A stretch of 59,532 bases of DNA from Piromyces finnis finn (lineage: Eukaryota > Fungi > Neocallimastigomycota). The notes beneath the pieces were generated by a model. That model was not told the origin of the DNA, did no database searches, and saw only the letters and a list, made by a program, of their open reading frames with translations. This document shows positions 25,500 to 38,905 of this stretch, in pieces (the stretch's first letter is position 1; every line of letters begins with the position of its first letter). Location: the NCBI GenBank assembly GCA_002104945.1, contig MCFH01000102.1, positions 1 through 59,532 of the forward strand. Reading direction: 5' to 3'. A program made the position numbers and the translations under genes.

Positions 25500-27070
25500 A
25501 TAAAAAATTAATTTTCTAATAAATATGATTTAATTGCATATTCATAATATTTTATATTATTCAAATACGAAAATATAAAGTGTACAAGCGGAATTAAATT
25601 ATTTTTTATTTTATAACAGTAATAAAAAAATTTCAACGTCATTATCTGTAAAACCAAAATACATTGTTGTCCAGTTAGGTGATGTAATTGTAAATTCATT
25701 AAATTCATTTTGAAAATTAAAATCTAGATCTCTTATATACTCATTGATAGGTAAAATAAATAAATTAAATTAATTGAACTTTTAATAGAATAATAATATT
25801 ATGTTATTTGTTATATTAAAAAAGTTTTAAAATAAGAAGAAAAATAAAAAGGCTGTTAATTAAATCAATATTTCTTTCTTCATTATAATGTTTTATTTAT
25901 AACATTAAATTAATTATTTTATTTTATAATCTTCTTTTCTTTCTTGTTGTTTTTCTTATTTCTTTTTTAGTATTATTTACGGTACTCTTTGTTATTCTTG
26001 TTCTTCCTCTTGTTCTTTTTCTTGCTTATGTTTTTGTTGTTGTCTTTGTAATTTTAACATATTTCTTATTATCTTCAATGATTTGATTTAACATACTATT
26101 TTTATATATTTTAATTTGATTTAAACTTTCATCTTTTTCAGTTGATTTGGGCTCATCTACTTAAATTCAAACTTTTTCAAATCGTCTTGGTCGTACTATC
26201 AAATATACATTTCTATCATTGTTAATAAAAGTTTGTATCATTCTAGTTTTATCAACAAAATAAAACTTATCAAGATCAACATCTATATACGCTTCTCCAG
26301 AATATACTTTTTTTGGCATTTCTTTTCTTTTGAATTTCTCACCATAATTTATTTCATAAATTACATCACATTCTTCTTTATAGATAGCTATTCCATATTT
26401 AATAATTTTTTCATTTTTTTTATTTAAGCTTTTTCCATTAAATATTAATTCTTCATTATTATCCAATGCTTCATAACAACTTTTATTAAATTCAACATTT
26501 TTTAGTTTTTCTTTCATTATAAAATAAATATTTTTTGATGAAAATTTACTATTATCACCGTCATTTTGATATTTCTTATCAACAAATAATAATTCACGAA
26601 TATTGCTTTTTTCATTAAAATTATTCTTAGTAATAATTTTATAATCGTCTTCTAAACATAACAATGAATAGATATTAGCATAGCATAATAATTATCTAAA
26701 AAGCTAGATTGGTTATCATAATAGTTGACTATATTATTAATTTTACTTTCAAGAAATTCTTTTATTCTTTCTTCATCATAATATTCTATAAAATTAATTC
26801 CATTAATTATTTCATTGTTACTTTTATACAAATTCTTTTTCCATTCAATAAACTTATCTTTAATTAATTCTTCAATTACTTTATTTCTTATTATTAATTT
26901 TTTATTATTTTCATTTTCTGTATTAATATCAATTAGATAATCATATTCAATAAATAATGACCAAATAATACAAAGTTCAATTTCTGTATTTATACACTTT
27001 TATTCATCATCATTCGATTAAATAATTAAAACATTAATAAATATAATATATTATATATATAATATATTCA
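25500..27070 (-). pseudogene. AAA-ATPase-like/PD-(D/E)XK pseudogene, apparently tandem-fused units
   Basis: IIKYGIAIYKEECDV (nuclease end) runs in frame into MPKKVYSGE...YFVDKTRMI...RPRRFEKV (AAA start). YFGFTDNDVE lies near 25640. 26080-26150 matches 14850-14920. Confidence 0.8.
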
Positions 27071-28149
27071 TTATATTTTTAATATATAATAAATAATTAT
27101 AATATAAAAAATAAATGTTATATTAATATTTAGTAATATTTGAATGTATTAATTATTATAATTACATCGTTAATAAATTGTATTTATATCTTCTTTTATC
27201 TATTGAGATATTTAAATTATAAATATAATAGAATATATTATATGAGTATACTTTCTCTTTACGATAATTTTTAAATTAAATGAAGTAATAAAATAAAAGA
27301 AGATACTATATCCTATTAATTATTATTGGTTAATATTTCTTAATTAGCCTGCTTTGTATTTAATTAAAATGAGTAAAACTAGGTGAGTAATTGTTGGAAA
27401 ATCAGTCTTGAATGAAAACTAGTCTAATACTACTACATTGACTATTTACTATATTAACTACTACTTCATTGAACTATTATTACTTCTACTACACACTATT
27501 ACTACTACTATTACTACTAATAATAATAATAACCTCCTAATATAATAGAAATATATTTCTTTTATTGGAATAATTATTTTAAAGTTTTATATTAAATATT
27601 TTTATAAAATATTATATTTTGTTGTCTACTAATTTCTTTTGATAATTATATAAAATTTATTGTTTTATTTAATTCTCTTTAAATTATAATCCTTTTTTAT
27701 TTTTAATATTTGTAGTTATAAAATATTAATGAAATAATAAAATATTTTATCAATACATTCCTTCAATTTGATACTATTTTTTTAAATAACTTTTAATAGA
27801 AAGCATTTCATTCTTTCTATTTAAAAACACTTTTTTTTTTTTTTCTTTCCTTTTAATACTATTATCCATATTTATTATTATTTATTATTTATTATTTATA
27901 TTATTTATTTATAAATTAAATAGCCCTAGCCACCACCATTAATTTTATTCAAAAAGTTTTTTAATTACAATTTACTTTTTCATTTTAAATAGAATAATGA
28001 ATAGAATAATAGAATAATGGCATTCATAATAAATATTATAAAATATTATAAATATAAATAAAGGAAAAATAAAAATGTATAGTATGCCTTTTTATTAAAA
28101 ATAATAAATAAAAAAAATGGTAGGTGTTATTATGAGATTTTAATATTAA

Positions 28150-29029
28150 TATATTTAAAATTGTGTTGTTTTTGTAAAGTATTCCTTGTAATAAAAACAT
28201 CCCATAATAAATTCACTTTTTAATATGCTATTGACTGAATAGATTATGTAATCTGTATTTATAAAAGATAAACCCTTAATATAGAAAGGTATATTAACAT
28301 CCACAATAAGTATAATTCTAATGTATCTTACTTTACACTATTAATAAAATATTCAAAATTCATAGTTTTAATAATATTAAAATAATGATATAACTAAAGA
28401 TTAATATTACAAGATATTAGATATTGTTTCCCCTCCCACTTTCTTATTCATGCCTATTTAAATAAAAAAGATTACATTCTATTTTCCAAATTGTATGTAC
28501 AACAATATATATATTTATTGTGTGCTACATAATGTATATATTGTGGCTTATACCTTTGATCTATTACAATACATTAATCATTGTAATACATTCTCAAAGT
28601 TTTTTTTTATTTAATCAGCATTTAAAAAAGTGGAAGAAAAGAATCCTTTTCTCCAATGAATTATACTATAATCCATTTTATTATGGGTTAATTTATATAA
28701 TTCTTTCAATTCATTATTATCATTTGTATTTAATTTGCGGAAATAACTTAATGCTGATTGTGTTACAGGTTTACCAACTGATTGAGCTGCTAAAATACCA
28801 ACATGAGTATTTTACGAGACTTGATTTTATCCACAATTATTTTAGTAAACTTATCACAGTCAATTTCTTCTGCTTTGATTTTTTTCTTTAAATAATTTCT
28901 TACTTTATTATTTATTTGATCAATATAAGGAATCAATCTTTTATTTTCTTTAAAATTTTTAGAAATTTCGTTACATATATAATCAATATCTTCAACAGAA
29001 AAATATTGTATATTTTGAGATTCTTCCAT
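28150..29029 (-). pseudogene. Divergent RNA polymerase largest-subunit (RPB1/beta') C-terminal part, stand-alone and frameshifted; putatively viral
   Basis: After a frameshift near 28810 the frame reads NTHVGILAAQSVGKPVTQSALSYFR (motif at 28758-28802), matching the conserved VGxLAAQSIGEPxTQxTLNTFH. The ATG at 29029 has an in-frame stop 6 codons upstream. Confidence 0.72.
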
Positions 29030-29637
29030 ATTTGAAATATTTATTTAAAATATATTTATATATTTATAAAATATTTATAAAATATTTAAATAAAATATCT
29101 ACAAAATATTTACTATAAATTTACAAAATATTTATAAAGTATTATTAATTATCATTTTATAATTTAATACATATATATGAATTATAAATAAATTATACAA
29201 TCTTTTTATAAAGAATTTACAAGAGAACTCAATATTTTTAAAAAATTATTTTAATTTAATACATATTTTATGATTTTATACTAAACACAGTTTATTAATT
29301 AATATACATAATTAATCTATAAATAACCTTTATAAATTAATGATATTAAAACTATTTACATTAATACATATAGAATATCATGAAATTAATTATACATTAC
29401 TAATAATATATATATATCATTATACATATATATTATATATTATTATTATACATATTGCAATGAATTAATATTATGCTTTTAAATATAAATTTGTTAATTC
29501 TTTATGATAACAAATTACAATATTGAATTCCAATTTTAAAAATTATTATTTAAATAATAACAAAATAAATAAATAAATATAAAATTTAAAAAAAAAAATA
29601 ATTTTATGCATCTACGATAGTATTAATATCTTATTAA

Positions 29638-31465
29638 CTAAAAAATCATATAAATAGAATTATTTTTGAAAGATGAATAGGTAGATCCATCTAAATTTCT
29701 TTTTAATATTAAATAAGGTTTATTAAGGATAGTTGATTTTAATATTTCTATGGATGCTTTACATGGATAATAAACTTCATTATCCCATACACCATAAATA
29801 ATAACTTTTTTATTGTTTTCATCCATAATACTATAATGATATGCAGTTATATTTTTAATATTTTTACATAAAAAAGAAAATGATGGTAGTGTATTGTATA
29901 ATTTATCATTATCTTTTATTATCGGTATTGTTGGTATTATTTCTGAATAAATCGATCTCCATAAATATACCTTTTTATCTGGAAATTCCTTTTCTGTTAT
30001 TAAAACTGCTTTATTATCTGAAACTTATTGTTTAATGTATTTAGTTAATGTAGCATTATCTATGATTGAAATTGAATTTTTTTAAACATAGAAAATATAG
30101 CTTGAACAAAATCATCATTAAAATTGAACAAATTCTTATCTGAACTTACTACATATTCATATCTATAATTAGGAAGTGTATATAATTTACATGTATTTAA
30201 CATTATTATTAAAAAGGAAAAAGAAGAATTACAATTGTAGACATAATCAAAAACACAATATGGATATATACTCATATTATTATCTACTGAAAAAGAAAGT
30301 ATATTAATATCATTGTAATTGTAATTTTCATTTATTAATTTTAATTGTTTATTCTTAAACTTTTCTTTTACACAATTTATTAATTCCTTCTGACTAGGAA
30401 TATTAATATGTTTATTTCATTTAGAGCATATTATAAATTTATTATTTATTTCTGGAATATCAAAATATTGTCTATATAAACCTTGTAATTCATAACCATA
30501 AGAAAAGGAAATTTTCCTTTACAATGTTTGTCTAATTTATATGCTATATTAAAATAAACAGATTTTTCTTTTTCTTTGTACTTTCTTATCACTTTAACAC
30601 ATTAAGGAACAACATTTGATTCTTATTCTAAATCAAATAATATCTTTTTATTATGAAATACAAAGTTATTATCAGTAGAATTTTTATTTGTTGAAAGAAT
30701 AATTTTATATCCTGAATTTTCTGGTGATCTATAATAATTATTATACCACTGTACATACGGTAAATTATTCTTAATACATTTTTCTTTATCAGCAATTACT
30801 GGTAATATCTTATCCTTATTATAAAAATATCTAGTATAATATTTTCCAAATAATCGATTATAATTTATTTTTAATGGAATATTTAATTCTTTATTTTTTT
30901 TATAATAATTTACATGAAAATCAATATACAATAAATAAAGATATTTTAATATTATTTTAACAGTCATATACATATACCATTCTAATTCTTGAAATTGGAT
31001 ATTTTCTGTAAATTGTTTATATTTATTATATAGTTTCATATTTAATGACTGATTAAAGATATTTATTGTATATACCAATTTTTCTTTATTTTTTATTATA
31101 TCTTCATTTTCATCGGTATATATATAGGGATATAAAGCATTTTCATATAACATCAAATCAAACAATTGAAAATTTATATTTATTGGATAAGTAAAAGAAA
31201 CAATACTTGGTTTGAATCTAATTAGTATTTGATTACTCGAATAATTTAAACATGGTAATAATTTACAAATAATATTATCATAAGTATCTCTTTCATAAAA
31301 AGTTATTTTATTTCCAGTGATTCTTATACTATCATGACAACCTTTAATAATTATGAAATTATCTGAATCTTTAACATCCTTATTTTTATTAATAATTATT
31401 ATTTTATGTTCATTAGATAAAAAATGTTTATCTAGTAAATTACGGATTAATTCAATAATATCCAT
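29638..31465 (-). pseudogene. Putative NCLDV early transcription factor large subunit (A7L/VETF-L)-like pseudogene
   Basis: The 280-aa ORF continues through stops into 30060..30275 and 29638..29826. YTRY...LPVI...YYRSP...NVVP*CVK resembles from memory the YxR...P...YYxCP...PCC.K block. Intronless and adjacent to the RPB1 fragment. Confidence 0.45.
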
Positions 31466-32471
31466 TAATTATAAATTAATTTTATATTAAATATAAATTA
31501 AAATTATTTTATTAATATATAAATTATAATATATACTAATCATTTTATAATTGTGAATGTTTATTTATTAATTTAATGTTATATAAAAATATATGGTAAA
31601 TATAAGTAAATATATATTTAAAATAAATTATAATGTATTATAATTATTAAAAAAAAATATATTTATTACTATTAAAATAACTTATTAATATATTTTGAAA
31701 TAAATATATAAAAAAAAATACTTACTAAACTAGTTAGAAGTAATATAATATTCTTTTTAACAACATTTTTTTAATATATATTATATAAAAAGTATTTTTT
31801 ATTTGAAAATAATATTGATTTAAAAATAAATAGTTTATTTAAAAATAATATAAATATTTTTTATAATTAAAAGTTTTTAGTAAAATATGCTTCATCTTGG
31901 TAATTACAAGTTTATGAAAATTATAATATAATATTTATATCAATATTAATCATTTAGTATTCATATAATAAAGGAATGATGTTTAAATGTATTTACATTC
32001 ATTTGAATTATAAAATAAAATATTAAAAATAAAAGTTTATCTTAATTAAATATATATTATAGTTTCTATTTAATGTTGTTATTGTATTTAATATGATGTA
32101 ATTATTATATATTTTAAATAAAATATCTATTATAATCTATAAAAGAAAATAATAAGATATATAAATATAAAAGTAAATGTTTCAATAAAATAAAATATTA
32201 CATATTTTATAAATATATAAATAATTATTTCATTAATGCAAATTATATAATGTCTAAATAATAATTATTTATAAATATATAAAATATAAGAAATATCATT
32301 TTAAATATTTTATTTTAATTTTTTATTATAAGTTATAAAGATAATGTAATAATATAATAATATTTTTTGTTTTTTTTTTAATGGCATCAAATATTTTTAA
32401 ACTATATTATTAATATAAGATTAATTATATTTCAGGTTTTATTTTATATAATTTTTATAAAATAGATTAAA

Positions 32472-33209
32472 ATGAAGGATATTATTTTAGTAATATTTTC
32501 ATATATATATTTTATATTATATTTTCATAATGGATATACACGTACTATAACTATTGAATCTATTGATATTCCAGATGAACTTATTAATCGTAAAGAAACA
32601 TGGGAACGAAAATATAGTAATGAAAATGAAATAAAAGAAGGTTATGTATTTCCTAGAATAGAATATTGTAAAAATAATTTGTGTACCTTTTTTGAAGAAT
32701 ATCAAAGTAAATATTTTATTGAATTTGATAATAACAATGGTACCATATATAGATATATATTAGGTAATTATGGAGATAGCTATAATACATCTGATCTTTA
32801 TCGTACAAGAACTATTAATAGTGAAACTGTTCATGTTTATATTGGTTGTAAAACAGATAATCAATGTTTCTCAGATAAATGTGTTAATAATATTTGTGTA
32901 TTTAATAATGAAGCTAACATTGAACGTTGTGATACTTTATATATAAAACATATTGTTCTTTCATCAAAGCCTAAACATTATACTCATTGTGGTCGTTTTC
33001 CTTATAGTTCTTGTACAAAATCTTCAGAGTGTTCGTTTAATAGTTGTAGTGGTAATGGATTATGTAGTAATGGTAGAAATTATGAACCTTCTGATAGTGA
33101 TATGATGACTGTAGCATTACATAGATGTGTTTTTGTAGCAATAATAATAGGTATTCTTACAATAACTTTTATTTGTTATTGTTATAAAAAATATTATAAG
33201 AAAAATTAG
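32472..33209 (+). CDS. Cys-rich secreted/membrane-anchored protein (245 aa)
   Basis: Intact ORF with a hydrophobic N-terminus, CKTDNQCFSDKCVNNICVF and HCGRFPYSSCTKSSECSFNSCSGNGLC, a C-terminal TM segment (VFVAIIIGILTITFICYCY) and a basic tail. Confidence 0.85.
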   Translation: MKDIILVIFSYIYFILYFHNGYTRTITIESIDIPDELINRKETWERKYSNENEIKEGYVFPRIEYCKNNLCTFFEEYQSKYFIEFDNNNGTIYRYILGNYGDSYNTSDLYRTRTINSETVHVYIGCKTDNQCFSDKCVNNICVFNNEANIERCDTLYIKHIVLSSKPKHYTHCGRFPYSSCTKSSECSFNSCSGNGLCSNGRNYEPSDSDMMTVALHRCVFVAIIIGILTITFICYCYKKYYKKN

Positions 33210-33452
33210 ACTAATAATAATTAATGATATTAATTATTTTAATATTTAATCAGAATAATATATTGTTTTTTTAAAATATATATTTATTTAAATAAATATT
33301 ATATTAATAAAAATAATTTTTTAATATAATCATTATTATTATTTAATTAATATTATATATTTATAAATAATAATAATATTTATTATTTTAAAATGATTAA
33401 TTATTTATTATTATTTATAAAAATAATATATATTTGTGTAGTATTGTTAAAA

Positions 33453-33702
33453 ATGAAATTATTGTGTATTAATATTTTATTTTTATTAATTAGAAATGTA
33501 TTTAGTACTAAATATCATGGTACATATTTAGAATTAGATAATTTTCCAAAAAAAAGCATATTTATTTGCCTATAATACTTGTGATAAAATGTATTTATGT
33601 AAAAAAAATGAAGGATATAAATGGTATGCTGCAGGAGATGTATTAAATGATTGTTATCAAAAAAGTAAAAAAAAAAGTGGTTCATTTGGAGCAGTATTTA
33701 GA
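33453..33702 (+). pseudogene. 5' fragment of a secreted protein gene, apparently interrupted at about 33703
   Basis: Signal-peptide-like MKLLCINILFLLIRNVFS, a frameshift, then CDKMYLCKKNEGYKWYAAGDVLNDCY, followed by an abrupt switch to more GC-rich non-coding DNA. Confidence 0.45.
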
Positions 33703-34759
33703 GTAAATCCCCCCTTTTGAACGTGCCTTCATTTATTTAATAAATGGAGTTTCTCAAGGGGCTCTACTCATACTCATGGTACTGAAAGAGTAGAAAGAAT
33801 AAAATCCAAGTATTGCGCAATGGATGCTTGGTTAGTCTTTATTTGGAAATATTGTTAGGACTAAGCTCATGGTACTGGGCGAATAGAGTCGATAATTTGA
33901 GTGTTAGTTGTTATATCATATATCCCTTACACCTTCAACTTATTTTAGATAGTAGTTGCTTTAACAACTTTTATAACATATTATTTTAAACTTAAAATTG
34001 TTTGATTCGGTAGTATTAAATACTGATTTTGAATATTTTTTCATTTCATTTTTATTTTAGCTTTCATTGATAATTTGTTATCCCAGTTTACTACTTATTC
34101 TCTTTGTTCTTTTATTCCTTTTTTATTCTCTATATATTGATTAGTCAGATAGTTTTGTTTTCTTTCAGTTAGTTTGTTATTCCTTTCATTTATTCTTGAG
34201 TTTCGTGTGGGGTGCGGCTTTCATTACTATAATCATATTTAATCTTTTTATTTTTTTCTATTTCTATTTTTATTATTTTCGAGGGGCGCGGCTTTTTTTA
34301 TTTTTCTTTTATGATTTTATATGATTCAAGTAATATCTTTTTTATTTTTTATTTTTTGTAATTCACAATCACTCGGTACCTATTTCATTCTAAAAGTCAA
34401 TGGAAAATGCCCGCTAAAAGCCATGTTACTTATACACCCACTTTCTAAAAAACTCCCAATCTCTAGTAAAATATCTTGGAAATTCATTAATAAACTCAAA
34501 AACAATAGATCATACAAAAACAAACGATCTATCAAATCTACTACTAGTCCACTCTCTGACGATTTCTATTTTAGTCATTTAAATTAAATTTGTTTTAAAA
34601 TTATTTAAATTATTAATTTTTAAGGGTTACACAATTAATTATAAATATAAAATTGAAAGAGTATAAATTTTTTTCTTAATTACAAATAAAATAATAATAA
34701 AATTAATAAAACAATAAGCTAATACTAGTTTTTATTTAAATATATTATAAATTTAAATT

Positions 34760-36395
34760 ATGAATAGTAGTAATATTACGAATGAGAATAAAAAAAAGTA
34801 TGTAAGAAATTTAATTATTGATTCATTTAATATTTTCTTAAGTAAAAATACAAAAAAAGATTTAGAAGAATATAATGTAGAAGATAGAAATCTGGATAGA
34901 ATAGGAAATTTAGATATAAGGATTCCAAGAAATTTAGAAACATACCATGAATTTCATATGCAAAGTTGTCGAAATCCGGAAATCCAGTTATTAAGTTTAG
35001 CAAAAAGTTATAATAGAGCTATCAATAATAATTATAATAATAAAATGTTTCCTGATCTAAATTCGTTTAAACTTAAATTTTCAGACGACATATTAAATTT
35101 TGAAGATTCTGGTTATGAAGATGCAAACCTTAAAATTACTGAAAATCTTGATGAATTAAACTCTGCAAAAACAGAATATAAAAACAATGTAGTCGATATG
35201 TTTTCACATTATTTGATTAAAAAGTATGATTCGAAATTATTTAGAATGAGAGATGTTGAAAATATACAAAAAGAAATTAATGAATTTAATGAAAAATTAG
35301 CCATGGCTTTAGATCGAGAAACTATTTTTTGTAAAGATTTAAATGACCTCGCTAAAAAATTAAACGAAGATAATAATTATGACAATGATAAGGTATTAAA
35401 ATCAATTAATGATATATTAACCCATCCATTTAATGTTGAAAGTGGCTATAATCAAATGATAAAACAAATAAATAAAAATTACTTTGATATTAAAGGTAAT
35501 AACCATAAATATGTCACTGGTAGAAATTATGATATATCGAATTATGAAAATGTAAATGATTTCGATAAATTGAATGGGCCACAAAGAACAGCCGTTAAAA
35601 ATATTATTTATTAATCACCATTGTATTTAAAAAATTTAAATACCGATAAAAATAGTCCCTATGCCTATTTAGAAAAAACATTTGCCGCATTCAAAGATCA
35701 AGTATTAGAGAATATATTACCGATTGCTTCCGAATGTTCCAATATATTTAAAGAATTAAATCCAAATGTTTATGTCATTGCACCAAAAAAATACACAATT
35801 AACAAAAAGGAAAGAGAAATAGATTTTGAAAATGAAAAAGTTTATTATATTAATAGTAATGGAAACTTGTAGTAATAGAAAAAGAAGAAACAAATAAGAA
35901 AAATAAAACGGAGACAAATTTTAAAAAAATAAAAGATTACCTAATTCCAAAAAATATTACGACAGTTTATATTGTTCAAACAAAAAAAGAAGAAAACTTA
36001 AATTCATCACTTGGAAATCGCAATCTTTTTGTGGTATATAGTGATTATAATTGCAAAATAGAAAAAGCCGACAGTGAAGGAAAATTAGATACAAAAAAAG
36101 ATTATCGTAAAGTACATTTATGTGAAGAAGTGGAAGTTGTTTTTGCCAAAGTAAATAATCCAAACTACGTAAAAGATTCCAATGTAGAGTGTGAAAAAAA
36201 TAAGTATTTTGATATAAATGATAATGGAAAAATTTACCTTCATAGTGACGAGGTAGAAAAGCTAACATTTTCCTTTGAGAATGACAATAATGAATATGAA
36301 ATAAAGTTAAGTAATATTGAAATAGATACAAAAAATAAAATTAAAAGAAAAGAAAAGGATAATAAAAAACAAAAAAATAAAAGTAAAAATAAAAA

Positions 36396-36408
<13 letters not shown>
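34760..36408 (+). pseudogene. About 550-codon gene of unknown function with one in-frame stop and one frameshift
   Basis: ORFs 34760..35614 and 35621..35872 share a frame across a single TAA. A frameshift near 35866 continues LVVIEKEE... into 36031..36408. Confidence 0.7.
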
Positions 36409-36433
<25 letters not shown>

Positions 36434-36540
36434 AAACATAATAATAATAAACATAATAATAATAATAATAATAAACATAATAATAATAAACATAATAATA
36501 ATAATAATAAACATAATAATAATAATAATAATAATAAAAA
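36385..36540. repeat. Compound (AAAAAT)/(AAAT)/(AAT)n microsatellite
   Basis: Directly visible at the 3' end of the 34760..36408 gene. Confidence 0.9.
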
Positions 36541-38129
36541 ATATTAAAGAATCGAAAATTTTAATATGAAACATATATATTTAAAGAATAAATATTTAAT
36601 TTTTTTTTTTTTTTGCACCTACAAAAGTTACACTCTGACTGCACATACAACATTATATTGAGTAAATTAATTATATAAATAAATAGAATTATAATGAAAT
36701 ATTTTTAATAATTTAATACTGCTAAATTTATTCAATTAAAATAATGTTTCAGTCTGGATTTTACTATGGATAATTATTAAGAAGTATCGAAGTATCATCA
36801 CTGATTTATTATTATGAAAGTGACACTCAATTTCGCCGGCTTCAGATGTCATGACACAATGACACATGACAACAAACAAATACAGCAACAAGTATAACAA
36901 AAAGGTACATTTATAAAAAAAAAAACATTAACAATATTTGCAACAGCTACAATAAATATAACATTAGAATGAGGTGTGATTGTTACGTGACTAATTGATT
37001 ATGTAGAGAGAATCATGTGATCGTATAATCATTAAATCATACAATAACAAACATTAATGTACATGGAAATACAATAAAAGTTTTTATGTAGATTATTATT
37101 GCTTTCATTATTTACTTTTTATCCAGAAAAATACAGCATAAAATATAAATTACTTATAATGCAATATAATAATATTTAGTGATTGTTACCATCAAAAATA
37201 TAAATATAAATATATAATATTTTTTTAAATGGAATTTTAATTATTATTTTTTTTTCTTTGTGTTTTGTTTTATTTATATTTATTAATAGAAAATAAGTTA
37301 TATTTTTGCTTTATTTTAATACCTATATTAAAGTTTTTGTTTTTTTTTTTATTTTTGTTGAAACTTTAGTATGACAAGGTAGTACTTAGCTATAACTAGG
37401 AGCTAGTTATTATTTTTCTAAGAACTATAACTAGGTTAATTCTTTTAATGATGCTACTACGTTAAATCAAAATGTTAAAAAGATTATATATACCTATATA
37501 TTTCTTATTATTAATTATTTTTACATAAATATTTTTATATTATAAAATTCCTATAATATAATATAATTGAATATCAATTATGTAATCTAATGTATTCATA
37601 ATATATGAATAATAATTGAATAGGATATAATATATTTTATTTTACATTTTAAATGAAATATTACTATATAAGGAAAAAGTAATGTAATACAAATGAGTAT
37701 TACAATAATGAATAAATACTAATATATAATATTAATATTTAAGAATGTAATGAAATATGTACATTAATTGTATAACTAATATATAAATAATGTATTATAA
37801 TATATATCAACTATTATTATTATTATGAAATATTATATAAAAATTTTTAAATATGAAATTTAGCATTTTAAATAATAAAAATTATTTTAAATATGACTAA
37901 TATGTAGCTAAACATATTAATTTCATATCAATATCATTCAGTTAGGAAATGATAATAAGGATAAGAAAAAGTGCTTCAATAGAAAATAATGATAATAATT
38001 AAAAATTAGAATATTAAGAACTATAGTTAGATAATTAATATACAATTGAGACAAATAAGACAATGTAAATATCTATATGTAATCAACATTTCATATAGAT
38101 ATTTATTTATGATAATAATGTTGATTACA

Positions 38130-38300
38130 TATAGATATGCCACAAAATATTTCATTATGAGATGTGATCATATAGCCCGATTCCTAGAAAAATATATAAT
38201 TGATAGAAATGACACCTTTGCCATTTCCTATCGATGAACTTTATTCATTATATAAAAATTGGTTTAAACAATGTTTCAACCAGAGCTATCAATTACAGTT
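38130..38300 (+). pseudogene. D5-like primase-helicase C-terminal (winged-helix) fragment
   Basis: ATKYFIMRCDHIARFLEKYIIDRNDTF / FPIDELYSLYKNWFKQC (frameshift near 38220) fits the D-x-I-x-x-F...LYxxYxxW pattern. Confidence 0.5.
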
Positions 38301-38905
38301 TGGAAGATTTTCGTATGGATATAACTAAATACAATATTAGAATAGATAACGTGATGACATCAGATTCCGATCGTTAAGTTGAATCTATCATTAGTTATCG
38401 ATTATTAAATTAAAATTTAATTATTATTTAAAAAATAAAATAGTATATAGTTATTATTTTTACATATATTTAAATTTAATAATTCTAAAATAAATTACTT
38501 ATAGCAAAATTTTATTAATTTTCTCTTATATATAAAGTATAATAAAATTAAATATTAAAATAATATGTTAAATAATACAATACATTTGTTTAATATTTAC
38601 TATTTTTCTAATCTATTATTAATAATATTAGTGATAATAATATTATATTTTTTTAATCATGGATATAATTTAAAATTTATCATAGTTAAATTTTTTCATT
38701 ATTTTTATTAATATATATGTTCATTATATAAGCAAATAATTACTTCATAAATCTATTACATTAAATATATTAAATGCAATTTTTTTAAAAATAATATTAT
38801 TAATAAAATTAAAAATATTGAAAATATTAAAATAGTACTAAATATGAAATTAAATTGCTGTATATTTTTTAAAATTATATATATTGATATTAAATTTATT
38901 GGATA

